From contig NC_043010.1 in assembly GCF_006345805.1 (NCBI RefSeq), positions 62,248,001 through 62,312,000 of the forward strand: a stretch of DNA of 64,000 nucleotides, read 5' to 3'. The notes below the pieces were generated by a model, which was not told where the DNA came from, did no database searches, and was given only the letters and a program-made list of their open reading frames with translations. Shown in pieces: positions 11,876-23,772 of this stretch. Each line of letters opens with the position of its first letter. Position 1 is the first letter of the stretch. The position numbers and the translations under genes were made by a program. The DNA comes from Octopus sinensis (lineage: Eukaryota).

Positions 11876-12984
11876 TGTATGTGCGAGTGTGTGTGAGCAA
11901 TAGTGCGCGCGCGTGTGTACCATCCCGTATTCAATATTTAATATATATAATAATATTCAGAAATCTATCTATATCTTTTAGTATCTTTTATATACCACAC
12001 ACACACATACACACACGGGCGCGCACGTACACACTCTCGGGGACACACACACACACACATATAAATTATACATAAATATGTAATTATTTCTTTTTATATT
12101 ATTTATGATATATATAAAAATAATTGGAAAAACGGGGAAAAAAGACAAAATGGTAATTTTTTGACAGCTGCATTGATAATTTTCAACACAAAACTGTTGT
12201 CGCTAAGGTGGTTGATCTGATTCCGAGCTTCTTGCTCGTCTTAGCCTTGGTTTTCTTGTGTGTGTGTGCGAGGTTTGCCTTGAATCACTCACACACAGCA
12301 GCGAAAGGAGGAAGAAGAAGAAGGGGTGCATTCGTGACTCTGAACTGAACTGGCTGAGAACGAAGGGTTAAACAATATAATATAATAAAGAGAGGGAAGA
12401 CGGAATAGTTGCGAGGTGTGTGTGTTTGTGTGAATGTGTGTGTGTGTGTGTGTGTTCGTGTTTTGTATGTGTGTGTGTGTTCGTGTTTTGTGTGTGTGTG
12501 TGAGTGTGTGTGTGTGTGTGTGTATGTACGCATTTGTCTGTGTGTGTGTGTGTTGTACGCGTTTTGTGTGTGTGTGTACACGTTTTGCCTCTGTGTGTGT
12601 GTGTATGCGTTTTGCCTCTGTGTGTGTGTGTGTGTGTGTGTGTTGTACGCGTTTTGTCTGTGTGTGTATGCATGTGTCCGTTGTTTTATGTGTGTGTGTA
12701 GAGAGAGAGACAGGCAGACAGCCAAACAGACAGATGGATGGATGGATAGATAGATATGTAGATAACTATATATACAAAGAGAAATTGATAGATAGACACA
12801 GAGAGATAGAGATAGACAAAGATGGATAGATAGAGACAGAAAGAGAAAGGAAGATAGACAGATAGATATGTAGATAAATATAAGGAGAAAGAGAAATTGA
12901 TAGATAGAGAGGAAGATAGATAGATAGACAAAGATGGATAGATAGATATAGATATAGATTGATGGATGGATAATAGGGTCAGAT

Positions 12985-13075
12985 GTGGGTGTGTATTTAA
13001 GAAGCTTGCTTGCCAACCGTGTGGTCAGAAGTTCAGTCCCACTTCATGGCACATTAGGCAAGTGTCTTCTGCTGT
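12985..13075 (+). mobile_element. SINE family A head
   Basis: AAGAAGCTTGCTTGCCAACC...GTTCAGTCCCAC...GGCAAGTGTCTTCT. Confidence 0.7.
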
Positions 13076-13310
13076 ATATATGTGTGTGTGTGTATTGGCA
13101 TGAGTGGTTGCACTCAACAGACCACATAGACTGTGGCTCTGGTGTTAAACACTTCAATCTCCCACTGTTGCTGGTTCCATGCTTGGCCCTAAAAGTGGCC
13201 ACAGCTGGTTCCATCTGTCGTGGGATGTCATGAGTTGCCTTACACTGAAATGTAACCATTGGAGTAAAGGGGTACCAAAGTCCCAACCCGTGTCCTTTTT
13301 CCCTTATGAT

Positions 13311-13760
13311 AGGCGTGGCTGTGTGGTAAGAAGCTTGCTTCTCAACCACATGGTTCTGAGTTCAGTTCCACTGTGTGGAACCTTGAGCAAATGTCTTTCT
13401 CTATAGCCTTGGGCTGACCAAAGCCTTGTGAGTGGATTTGATAGACGGAAACTGAAAGAAGTATGTCACATATGTGTGTGTGTGTGTGTAAGTGTGTATC
13501 TGTGTTTGCCTCCCACAATCACTTGATAACTAATGTGGGTGTGTTTATGTCCCTCTAACTTAGCAGTTCGGCAAAAGAGACTGATAGAATAAGTACTAGG
13601 CTTACAAAGAATAAGTCCTGGGGTCGATTTCTTCTACTAGAAACCCTTGAAGGCGGTGCTCCAGCATGGCTGCAGTCCCAGACCCTGGTCGAACCGTCCA
13701 ACCCATGCTAGCATGGAAAACGGACATTAAACGATGATGATGATGATGATGATAATGATT
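13311..13760 (+). mobile_element. SINE family A (near full length) fused to a family B 3' tail
   Basis: A sequence runs to GGCTGCAGTC (~13677), then CCGTCCAACCCATGCTAGCATGGAAAACGGACATTAAAC(GAT)n. Confidence 0.85.
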
Positions 13761-14603
13761 ACATTACTCAAATGCAAGCCAATAATGGAGTCAATATGTG
13801 AGCAAATACAACGCAATATATACTCAAAAATGCACGGTGATTAAAGATCCACATGCAAAAAGTATCATGCCACTTACGAAACAAACCAATATGCAAATTA
13901 GAAGGTAGTCAAAAGTTCACTTTAAAAGGACTCAAGGTGAATGCACGAAATAAAGCAGAGTCACTAAACTTAGTTCAATACTTAGAACATAGAATTAAAT
14001 TTGAGCAATATAACAATGTCACTGGCACTATACACACACACATACACATATATATGAATAATGTAATGCATCTAATATTATTAATAATAATTGTATGTAC
14101 ATTTAAGTGTATATATAAGTATTTATGTATATTTATATATGTATGCATATGTATATGTATAAGTATAAGTATTTAAATGTGTATGTATTTATTTATTTTA
14201 TATTTATATTTATTTATAACTCAACTTATGTACTTTATAAAATTTGTGACGAAGCCTAGAAAAACACCCAAGTACCTCAATTTCATCTACTAATTACTTC
14301 AGTCAACTGGAGAGATAAAGGTAAAATGAGGTATTTTTACCTCTTGACTGAAACAGCTGTAAGTTATTTTCCTAATTTATATTCCTGTATGTTATATTTT
14401 AATAATTACTGGTATCTTTATATATTAATATGTTTTTATATGTAAAGCATAATATGTTATACATCTATGCATATTCTTGTAATTGCCATTTTAGTAAATA
14501 AATGAATAAGTTGACATAATATAATGTCTAAAAGTTGATGAATACCACCTATTGATCCCCTCCATTTTCTTATTGCTCTCTCTCTCTCTCTATATATATA
14601 TAT

Positions 14604-14949
14604 ATCATCATCATCATCATCGTTTAACGTCCGCTTTCCATGATATCATGGGTTGGACAGTTCAACTGGGGTCTGGGAAGCCAGATGGCTGCACCAGGCC
14701 CAGTCTGATCTGGCAGTGTTTCTACAGCTGGATGCCCTTCCTAACGCCAACCACTCCGTGAGTGTAGTGGGGGCTTTTTATGTGCCAGACGAGGCTGGCA
14801 ACGACCACGATTGGATGGTGCTTTTTACATGCCACTGGCAGGGAGGCCAGTTGAGGCGGCGCTGGCAACGGCCACGTTCGGATGGTTCTTTTACGTGCCA
14901 CCGGCACTGGTATCACAACTACAATTTCCATTGATTTTGATCGATTTCG

Positions 14950-14950
<1 letters not shown>
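14604..14950 (-). mobile_element. Family B retroposon
   Basis: (CAT)n-CGTTTAACGTCCG...CAGCTGGATGCCCTTCCTAACGCCAACCAC; three internal TGCTTTTTACRTGCCAC repeats. Confidence 0.85.
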
Positions 14951-15010
<60 letters not shown>

Positions 15011-15168
15011 CAGGCTTCTTCCAGTTTCCATCTGTGAAATTCATTCTCAAGGCGGTGACTGCTCTGGTGCTATTGTAGACGAGACTTACCAAAGATGTCA
15101 CACAGTAGCACTGACCCTCAGACCAAGTGGTTCAGAAGTTAATTCTTTAACCAAATTGCCACACCTGC
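15011..15168 (-). mobile_element. SINE family A, diverged 5' half
   Basis: GGCTTCTTCCAGTTTCCATCT...GCCACACCTGC. Confidence 0.6.
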
Positions 15169-15431
15169 AAATAACAGAGAATTTAGTTAAATGCCATTCT
15201 GCCCTTTATATTTTAATTACCAAAATAATCAGGAATTTATGAGAAGTGTACAGAAATAACTATCTTTTAAATTAATCATATGACAAATGTTTATTTATCT
15301 GGTAATTAACATTATCTTTTGTGTAAGAATCTCTTCAAAATTGCAGTTCCATATTTAAGAGATGAGGAATTATTTAGATTATTTACATTATTTACATTTG
15401 ACGGATATTTGTCCTCATCTTGTTTGTTGTT

Positions 15432-15477
15432 AACACAACATTTCGGCTGATATACCCTCCAGCCTTCATCAGGTGTC
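15432..15477 (-). ncRNA. Minimal type-I hammerhead ribozyme motif (PLE family D)
   Basis: GACAC-CUGAUGA-A-GGCUG-GAGGGUAUAU-CAGCC-GAAA-U-GUU-GUGUU. Confidence 0.7.
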
Positions 15478-16239
15478 TTGGTGAAACTTCAAACCTGGAT
15501 TCTCATTCCTAAGGTATTTTTCAATGTTGTTGTTGTTATTATTCTGAGTTCAATTTCAAGGAGTGACCTGAATAATAATAATAATTTATTTCTTTATTGC
15601 CCACAGGGGGCTAAACATAGAGGGGACAAACAAGGACAGACAAAGGGATTAAGTCGATTACATCGAGTCAGTGCGTAACTGGTACTTATTTTATCAACCC
15701 CGAAAGGATGAAATGCAAAGTCGACCTTGGCAGAAATTGAACTCAAAACGTAATGGTAGACGAAATACTGCTAAGCATTTCGCCCGGCATGCTAACAATT
15801 CTGCCAGCTCACTGCCTTTTAACAAGCTGGCAGAATCATTTCACTGCGTAAAATGCTTAGGATTTCATCTGTCTTTATAGTCTGAGTTCAAATTCCACCA
15901 AGGTCAACTATGCCTTGTGGGTAGTAAAGAAATAGGTATTTCGTCTGTCTTTACATTCTGAGTTCAAATTTTGCCGAGGTTGACTTTGCATTTCATCCTT
16001 TCAGGGTCGATAAATTAAATACCAGTTACGCACTTAGTCGATGTAATCGACTTAATCCCTTTGTCTGTCCTTGTTTGTCCCCTCTATGTTTACCCCTGTG
16101 GGCAATAAAGAAATAAATTATTATTATTATTCAGGTCACTCCTTGAAATCGAACTCAGAATAATAACAACAACAACAACAACAACAATAACATTGAAAAA
16201 TACCTTAGGAATGAGAACCCAGATTTGAAATTTCCCCAA

Positions 16240-16295
16240 GACACCTGTTGAAGGCTGGAGGGTATACGATTTCGTATCAGCCGAAACGTTGTGTT
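16240..16295 (+). ncRNA. Minimal type-I hammerhead ribozyme motif (PLE family D), one core substitution
   Basis: GACAC-CUGUUGA-A-GGCUG-loop-CAGCC-GAAA-C-GUU-GUGUU. Confidence 0.65.
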
Positions 16296-16649
16296 AACAA
16301 CAAACAAGATGAGGACAAATATCCGTCAAATGTAAATAATGTAAATAATGTACATAATTTCTCATCTCTTAAACATGGAACTGCTATTTCACTCGTTCTG
16401 GACTGATAAAATAAGTACCAGTTGAATGTCAATGTAAACAACCTGAAATAGCTGGCCTCGAGCAAAGATTCTAAACCAATATTAAGCTGGTGTCTGGAAC
16501 ATAAATTTAATATGAAATTTGAATGGCATGTTTCAATTAGATTACTTTAAGCTGTAAGTTTGTGTCGTAGACCCAGGAGCAGTCTTGAGTGGGGTGATAT
16601 CAAAAGGGTCAAGAAGGCAGACTGGGGGTCAATCTCTTTCAATGTATTT

Positions 16650-17307
16650 AGGAGAAGGGCAGATTGTTGTATATGAAAGTTTGGTTATGCTGAGTAAAGG
16701 TGAGATTGTTATGAGAAGCTTGTGAAGGGAAGCTTGTATAGAAAGAAGGCTAGATTGTTCAGAGTGAAGGGCAGATTGTGAGTGAAGGCTAGATTGTGCA
16801 GAGTGAAGAGCAGATTGTGAGTGAAGGCTAGATTGTGAAGAGTGATGGGCTGATTGTGAGTGAAGGCTAGATTGTGAAGAGTGAAGAGCAGATTGTGAGT
16901 GAAGGCTAGATTGTGCAGAGTGAAGAGCAGATTGTGAGTAAAGGCTAGATTGTGAAGAGTGAAGGGCAGATTGTGCAGAGTGAAGGGCAGATTGTGAGTG
17001 AAGGCTAGATTGTGCAGAGTGAAGAGCAGATTGTGAGTGAAGGCTAGATTGTGCAGAGTGAAGGGCAGATTGCAAGTGAAGGCTAGATTGTGCAGAGTGA
17101 AGAGCAGATTGTGAGTGAAGGCTAGATTGTGCAGAGTGAAGGGCAGATTGCAAGTGAAGGCTAGATTGTGCAGAGTGAAGAGCAGATTGTGAGTGAAGGG
17201 CAGATTGTGAGTGAAGACTAGATTGTGAAGAGTGAAGGGCAGATTGTGAGTGAAGGCTAGATTGTGAAGAGTGAAGGGCAGATTGTGCAGATTGAAGGGC
17301 AGATTGT
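16650..17307. repeat. Minisatellite of 18- and 21-bp monomers forming a 39-bp higher-order unit
   Basis: GAGTGAAGGCTAGATTGT alternates with G(C/A)AGAGTGAAG(A/G)GCAGATTGT; about 28 clean monomers from ~16745, decayed units to the left. Confidence 0.95.
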
Positions 17308-17873
17308 GGTGGTGGTGATGATCATGATCATGATCATGATGAAGATGATGATGATGGAGGAGGAGGAGGAGGAGGGGTGAGAGGTGAAGCAGGGGAGGTT
17401 CACATTTATATTTTTTTCACAGAATTTTAAATAAAGACATTACGATTGATTTTATTTCTTACAGCTCAGTTCGTTTCTACAGTAAAATCCTTAATTATGT
17501 AATGCTAGGGTTTATGTAGGCGGGGGGGGGGGCATTATTTTCAGTGGGGCAAGGAGAGAGAGAAGAGGAAAGGAAGTAAAGTAATGAGTAAGAGAGGCAG
17601 AGGGAAAATGACAAAAGGAAGTGAAAGAGAGAGAGAGAGGGGGGAGGGGAGGTAGGTGGGAGCAGGAATGGTGAGAATAAGGAAGGAGAGGAAGAAAAGA
17701 GAATGTTTAGAGGGGAAGTAATGCAATGAATAGGAAGCGAGTGCATGCGTGTGTGTTTGTGCGTGTGCACGTGTGCGCGCGTGTTCATATGTATATATAT
17801 ATATATACACATACATACATACATATATATATATGCATGTATGTATATATGTATGTATGTATATATGTATGTA

Positions 17874-17909
<36 letters not shown>

Positions 17910-17939
17910 GTATATATGTATATATATATATATACATAC

Positions 17940-18109
17940 ATTGATAGACAGACAGACAGACAGACAGATAGATAGGTAGATATATAGATATATAGATAGA
18001 TGGATGGATGGATGGATGGATAGATAGATATAGATATATATATATATATATATATATAGACAGACAGATAGATAGATAGATAGATAAATAGATTGATAGA
18101 TAGATAGAT

Positions 18110-18142
<33 letters not shown>

Positions 18143-18189
18143 AATAGATTGATAGATAGATAGATAGATAGATTGATAGATAGATAGAT

Positions 18190-18222
<33 letters not shown>

Positions 18223-18245
18223 AATAGATTGATAGATAGATAGAT

Positions 18246-18287
<42 letters not shown>

Positions 18288-18294
18288 ATAGATT

Positions 18295-18328
<34 letters not shown>

Positions 18329-18393
18329 CAGATAGACAGATAGAGGGATGGATGGATGGTTGGGTGTGTGGATGGATGGATGGACAGATAGAT
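17940..18393 (+). repeat. (GATA)n compound microsatellite
   Basis: Direct inspection. Confidence 0.95.
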
Positions 18394-18419
18394 ATAAATC
18401 CCTATGTGTATATAATGGT

Positions 18420-18574
18420 CTCCTTTTGGTCCCCGTTTACCAAACCTACTCCCAGTCTTTACTTGACCAATGGCAATAGTAAAAGACACATGCACCAGGG
18501 GCCACACAGTAGGATCGTATCCCAAACCGTGGCCTTGGGAAGCAAACATCTTAACCACACAGCCACACCTGCAC
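18420..18574 (-). mobile_element. SINE family A, highly diverged 5' half
   Basis: Ends in CTTAACCACACAGCCACACCTGCACC. Confidence 0.6.
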
Positions 18575-18695
18575 CAATTTTTCTATCTATATATCTATCT
18601 ATCTGTCTATCTATCTCTTTATATCTGTCTGTCTATTCATTTATTCATTTATCTATTAATATATCTTTTTACATATTTATCTATCTTTATATATC

Positions 18696-18752
<57 letters not shown>

Positions 18753-18837
18753 ATATATATATATAATATATGCATGTATGTATGTGTATATTATATATAT
18801 ATATATATATATACATATATACATATATACATACATG

Positions 18838-19047
18838 TGTGTGTGTTTGTGGTTGTCCCCCTAGCATTGCTTGACAACCGATGCTGGTGTGTTTATGTCC
18901 CCATCATTTAATGGTTCGGCAAAAGAGACCGATAGAATAAGTACTGGGCTTACAAAGAATAAGTCCTGGGGGCGATTTGCTCGACTAAAGGCGGTGCTCC
19001 AGCATGGCCGCAGTCAAATGACTGAAACAAGTAAAAGAGTAAAGAGT
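18838..19047 (+). mobile_element. SINE family A, young 3' half
   Basis: GCTTGACAACCGATGCTGG...GGCGGTGCTCCAGCATGGCCGCAGTCAAATGACTGAAACAAGTAAAAGAG. Confidence 0.9.
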
Positions 19048-19170
19048 AATATATATATATATATATGTATATATGTATATATGTATATATGTATATATAT
19101 ACACACACACAAACACACGCACACATACACACAAACATATATACATACGCACGCGCACACACACACACAC

Positions 19171-19208
<38 letters not shown>

Positions 19209-19450
19209 ATACATGTGTATCTGTGTTTGTGCACGTGTGTTTATCCATGTGGTGGGGGGGTTTCCTTTTTTAAAACTATCTTATTATCTCCCCTTACTCC
19301 AGCAACCCAATAGCAGGACGGCCGCTTGGCTGTTTTGATCAAATCTCAGACAACCAACTTCCAGACTTCCAGGTTTCCAGTTCAATTCCTATCACAAACC
19401 ACAACACTCACCTCTGAACAATCTGACCCACCTAGGCATAAGTAATACTT

Positions 19451-19622
19451 TGTTGTTGTTTCAACATGACTAATTAGACGTACAATCCTGTTGTGACCAC
19501 CCACTTTCATTTTCTTCAGATATTATATATATCTCAGACTACATTATTCAAAGTGTCCTTCTTTGCCTAGGACAACAGGATATGATTTAAAGGTGATTTA
19601 GCTGTTATTTCTAGTAGGTGTT
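19451..19622 (+). mobile_element. Family F repeat
   Basis: GACTACATTAT...GATTTAGCTGTTATTTCTAG. Confidence 0.5.
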
Positions 19623-19677
19623 ATGATTCTTTGCAGTAGGCAGTAGGAGCACTGGGAATTAATGAGTGATTCTAGTT

Positions 19678-20083
19678 CTCTCTTTTCTCTCTTTTACTTG
19701 TTTCAGTCATTTGACTGCGGCCATGCTGGAGCACCGCCTTTAATCGAGCAACTCGACCCCGGGACTTATTCTTTTTTTATAAGCCCAGTACTTATTCTAT
19801 CGGTCTCTTTTGCCGAACCGCTAAGTAACGGGGACATAAACACACCAGCATCGGTTGTCAAGCAATGCTAGGGGGACAAACACAAACACGCATATATATA
19901 TATATATACACACATATATGACGGGGTTCTTTTCAGTTTCCGTCTACCAAATCCACTCACAAGGCATTGGTCGGCCCGAGGCTATAGTAGAAGACACTTG
20001 CCCAAGGTGCCATGCAGTGGGACTGAACCCGGAACCGTGTGGCTGGTAAACAAGCTACTTACCACACAGCCACTCCTGCGCCT
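19678..20083 (-). mobile_element. SINE family A, full length
   Basis: tRNA-like head with A box TGGCTGTGTGG and B box GGTTCAGTCCC, CCTTGGGCAAG CORE-like block, internal TA/CA microsatellite, (AGTAAAAG)n tail. Confidence 0.95.
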
Positions 20084-20344
20084 GCAGTTCAATTGTTTTT
20101 ACAGTTAATTTCTGATCAACTATTTACCTATCCAGGTGGAGACAGGCCTCACATCTGGGTTGGGGATTCTTTGAAATTTGACATAGGTGATGTATGTGTG
20201 TGTGTATGTGTGTGTGTGTCTCATATTTTTTTGTTGTACACATTTCATGACATCCTGTGTGTGTGTGTCTGTGTATAGATGTATGGAGGTTATGAGAGGT
20301 AACGGTGTCAATAAGACCCAAAGGTGTCAGGTAATGCTGAGTAA

Positions 20345-20670
20345 GTGCTACATATGCATTTCACCATGATCACCGTGACCCACCAGGCTATCAGATGTTG
20401 CTACACATCGCTGGTCACAAAGCGCTTTGCATTCTTTTAGCCTCTAATGACACCACCCTGCTGGCTAAGCGAGCAGGCCAACAGAAGAAAGAGTGGGGGA
20501 AAATTGTGGCAAAAGAGTACAGATGGGATCGCCACCATCCCTGGCCGGAGCCTCGTGGAACTTTAGGTGTTTTCGCTCAATAAACACTCACAACGCCCGG
20601 TCAGGGAATCAAAACCACGATCCTACAACCGCGAGTCCGCTACCCTAACCACTGGGCCACTGCGCTCCCA
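20345..20670 (-). mobile_element. SINE family G, tRNA-Arg-like head (resembles octopus OR-type SINEs)
   Basis: Minus strand GGGAGCGCAGTGGCCCAGTGGTTAGGGTAGCGGACTCGCGG...GGTTTTGATTCC; shares body with 31060-31303. Confidence 0.75.
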
Positions 20671-20682
20671 CATATGTATAGA

Positions 20683-20737
<55 letters not shown>

Positions 20738-20825
20738 TATATTATGATATATATATATTATATAGATTATTATATTATATATATCTATATAAATATATAT
20801 ATACACACACACACACATATAAGTT

Positions 20826-20987
20826 CATAATCATAATCATCATCATCATCATCTTTATTATTGTCGTCATCATCATCATTTAATGTCCATTTTCCATTGG
20901 ACGGTTTGGCAGGAGCTGGCCAGCCAGGGAGCTGTCCAAACTCTGAATTGTTTGTTGTGACATGCTTTCTACAGCTGGATACCCTTC
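20826..20987 (-). mobile_element. Family B retroposon 3' part with (CAT)n tail
   Basis: TTTAATGTCC...TTTCTACAGCTGGATACCCTT. Confidence 0.7.
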
Positions 20988-21729
20988 TTATATATAGATA
21001 TATATATGTATATATATATGTGTATATAGGCACAGGCATGGCTGTGTGATAAGTCTACTTCCCAACTATACTGGTGGAATGAATGAACAAGCGTGAAAGA
21101 GCTGATAGAAAGAAATAGAGTCGTACAAGATTTAGAAAAATTTATACTTACATATAAGAGACCAAAGTGTACATACGCTGTGATATATATATATATAAAA
21201 AATGCAAAATGGGACAAGAACGCAAAACATCAGGACAGCTAGGTGATACAAAAATGGGACCACAAAACATCCAGATAGAGGATACAAAGAAAACAAGGAC
21301 GGGTCATTCGAAGTTTTCTTTCCTCGGTCAAGTACCAGATTATCCTTGCAATTTCAGCTGATTATACTTGAGATTGCTCCAATCTGGCCAGCCCTGGAAG
21401 AAAGCAGCAAATGTATACAAAAACAAGATATATAAATGGTGGTGCCCCAGCATGGCCACAGCTCATAAGCTGAAACTAGAATCAATCAATCAATCATATA
21501 CACACATATCTAATTAGGATAAAATCATTATTTAATGATTTATCAGTGGTCAGCATACTAAAAATACCATAACAGTTAATTTATATTATAACCCTAACCA
21601 TCGTTTACAATCTTGTGTTGTGGAGTAATAATCTAAGTGGTTCATAGACCATTTGGGGTCTGTTTCTAGCAGACTGATGTTGTAATTATTTGGCACCCCC
21701 ATAATAATTTTATATATGCATATGTGTAT

Positions 21730-22143
21730 ACTCTTTTACTCTTTTACTTGTTTCAGTCATTTGACTGCAGCCATGCTGGAGCACCGCCTTTAGTCGATCA
21801 AATCGACCCCAGGACTTATTCTTTGTAAGCCTAGTACTTATTCTATCGGTCACTTTTACCGAACCACCAAGTTACGGGGATGTAAACACACCGGCATCGG
21901 TTGTCAAGCGGTGTTGGTCGGACAAACACAGACACACAAACATACACACACATATACATACACACATATATATATACATATATACGATGGGCTTCTTTCA
22001 GTTTCCATCTACCAAATCCACTCACAAGGCTTTGGTCGGCCTGAGGCTATAGTAGAAGACACTTGCCCAAGATGCCACGCAGTGGGACTGAACCCGGAAC
22101 CATGTGGTTGGTAAGCAAGCTACTTACCACACAGCCACTCCTG
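21730..22143 (-). mobile_element. SINE family A, full length
   Basis: Colinear with 19678-20083. Confidence 0.95.
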
Positions 22144-22645
22144 TGTGTATGTATAACATATATAAGCATTTCTCAACTGACACCAGGATGAGATTGTCAA
22201 AACAGATTCTTAGTTTTTGTGCAAAAAATCCTAAATGTTAAGACTTGTATACGTTAATTTTAAATCATCTGCAGAAAACAGTTTTTCTAGATGCTGTACA
22301 TGATTTATTCATTAATAAAAAAAATGTGTCTGAAACAGCTGTAGTGAACCTAAGCCCATTTATAAGATTACACACACACACACACTCACACACACATGCA
22401 GGCATGCACACGCACACACACACACGCAGGCATGCACACGCACACACACACATGCAGGCATGCACATGCACACACACACACACACAGATGCAGGCATGCA
22501 CACGCACGTGCATGCACACACACACACACGCAGGCATGCACACACACACACACGCGCGCGCGCGCACACACACACACACGCACATGTATATTCAATGAAA
22601 GAGAGAAGTGGAAGAACTGAAATAGTATGTGTCAGAGAGAAAGAA

Positions 22646-22676
<31 letters not shown>

Positions 22677-23124
22677 TCATGTGTGTGTGTGTGTTTGACA
22701 GAGAGGAAATAAACCAACATAGGAAAGAAGCCATGCAGAGGAGTGTATATAGGATCTAACCAAACAGTTTGTTAGGTTAAAAGTAAAACTGAGAAACTGT
22801 TTAGTCAGATCGTATATACATATATACACACTGTATGGCTTCCTTCATTGAGTGAGGTACTTCTCCCCCTTTCTCTCTGACTTTTTCTTTCTTTTTCTCC
22901 CTCTCTCTCTCTTTCTCTCTCGCTCTTCCTCCTTCTCTCCTCTACTCTCCCTCCCCTCTCCCACTCTATTTCACTCACCCTTCTTTCCTTCTTCTCTCTC
23001 TCTCCCTCTCTCTTCTCACCCAACCCCCTTCTCTCACACACACATCACCTGCCCTTCTTCCTCCTTCTTCCCTCTTCCCTATCTGCCTTTAACCCTAGGC
23101 AACACTTTACCTTTATACCTTCTT

Positions 23125-23285
23125 CTGATCATTCAAACTGCTAGAAATAACAACCAAGTTTCCTTACATTTGATCATATAGCACTAGATACAAGATGCCT
23201 GAATAACTGATGGGACGGTCATGGCTGGAACACATTTCCTCTTAGGTCTACTTATTCAGTGATGACTTGGAGCTAAATTTCAACT
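23125..23285 (-). mobile_element. Family F repeat
   Basis: CTGCTAGAAATAACAACCAA...GATGGGACGGTCATGGCTGGAA...TAGGTCT. Confidence 0.55.
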
Positions 23286-23329
23286 CTTCCTCTTTCAATA
23301 CGTACACACACACACACAAACACATGACA

Positions 23330-23536
23330 TGTTGAACCATGAAGCCCTACACATCTTTTTCCTCTTTCCGTTTTTTTCGTTCACCCTCCATTTTTTCCCC
23401 TCTCGACCCTTTCTGCCAAAGAGCATAGGCACGAAATGTCAAAGAATTTTCCATTCATCCTAAGCGTCAAACTAATATGTCTGCCTGTTGTTCCCTTAAT
23501 AGTCTTCATCTTTTGTTTTCTGTGTATCTGAACTAT
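23330..23536 (+). mobile_element. Penelope-like pLTR fragment (family H), decayed hammerhead
   Basis: CTTT-CTGCCAA-A-GAGCATAGGCAC-GAAATGTC-AAAG; followed by (TA)n. Confidence 0.55.
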
Positions 23537-23559
23537 ATTTATATATATATATATATCTT

Positions 23560-23627
23560 AGGTGCAGGAGTAGGTGTGTGGTATGAAGCTTGCTTTCCAG
23601 CCACATGGTTCTGGGTTCAGTCCCACA
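23560..23627 (+). mobile_element. SINE family A head, truncated
   Basis: AGGTGCAGGAGT...GGTTCAGTCCCAC. Confidence 0.75.
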
Positions 23628-23772
23628 TTTTTTTGCCGATGACACTCCCCGGACCTTCAGTAAGGCATGTGTAAAATTTGAATGAAATTGGTCGTGTAGT
23701 TCTCAAGTTTTAGGGAAACACACAGACAGACAGACAGACAGACACACATTCTCAGTTTTATATATATAGAGA
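23628..23772 (-). mobile_element. Non-autonomous Helitron 5' fragment
   Basis: Minus strand A|TCTCTATATATATAAAACTGAGAATGTGTGT(CTGT)n, the same 5' end style as the 28445 and 29525 elements. Confidence 0.6.

Larger units (their letters stand above)
15343..16384. repeat. Long inverted duplication of a PLE-pLTR + SINE C composite (arms 15343-15768 and 15936-16384)
   Basis: Arms are reverse complements across the PLE/SINE junction, roughly 90% identical by eye; the spacer holds a further inverted pair of SINE C heads. Confidence 0.9.

Noticed and set aside
13853-14176. 107-aa ORF as a PLE or host exon
   Set aside because: No diagnostic motif, and the second half is simple repeat
16745-17307. Regular array as a CRISPR locus
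   Set aside because: No unique spacers, no cas genes, eukaryotic context; the same applies to 60312-60490
17495-18864. Long YLSI/YI/HT/CV-repeat ORFs here and throughout the window
   Set aside because: Translations of GATA, TA and CA microsatellites
18420-19047. One SINE A split and half-inverted around a microsatellite
   Set aside because: The 5' half is far more diverged than the 3' half, so they are separate insertions
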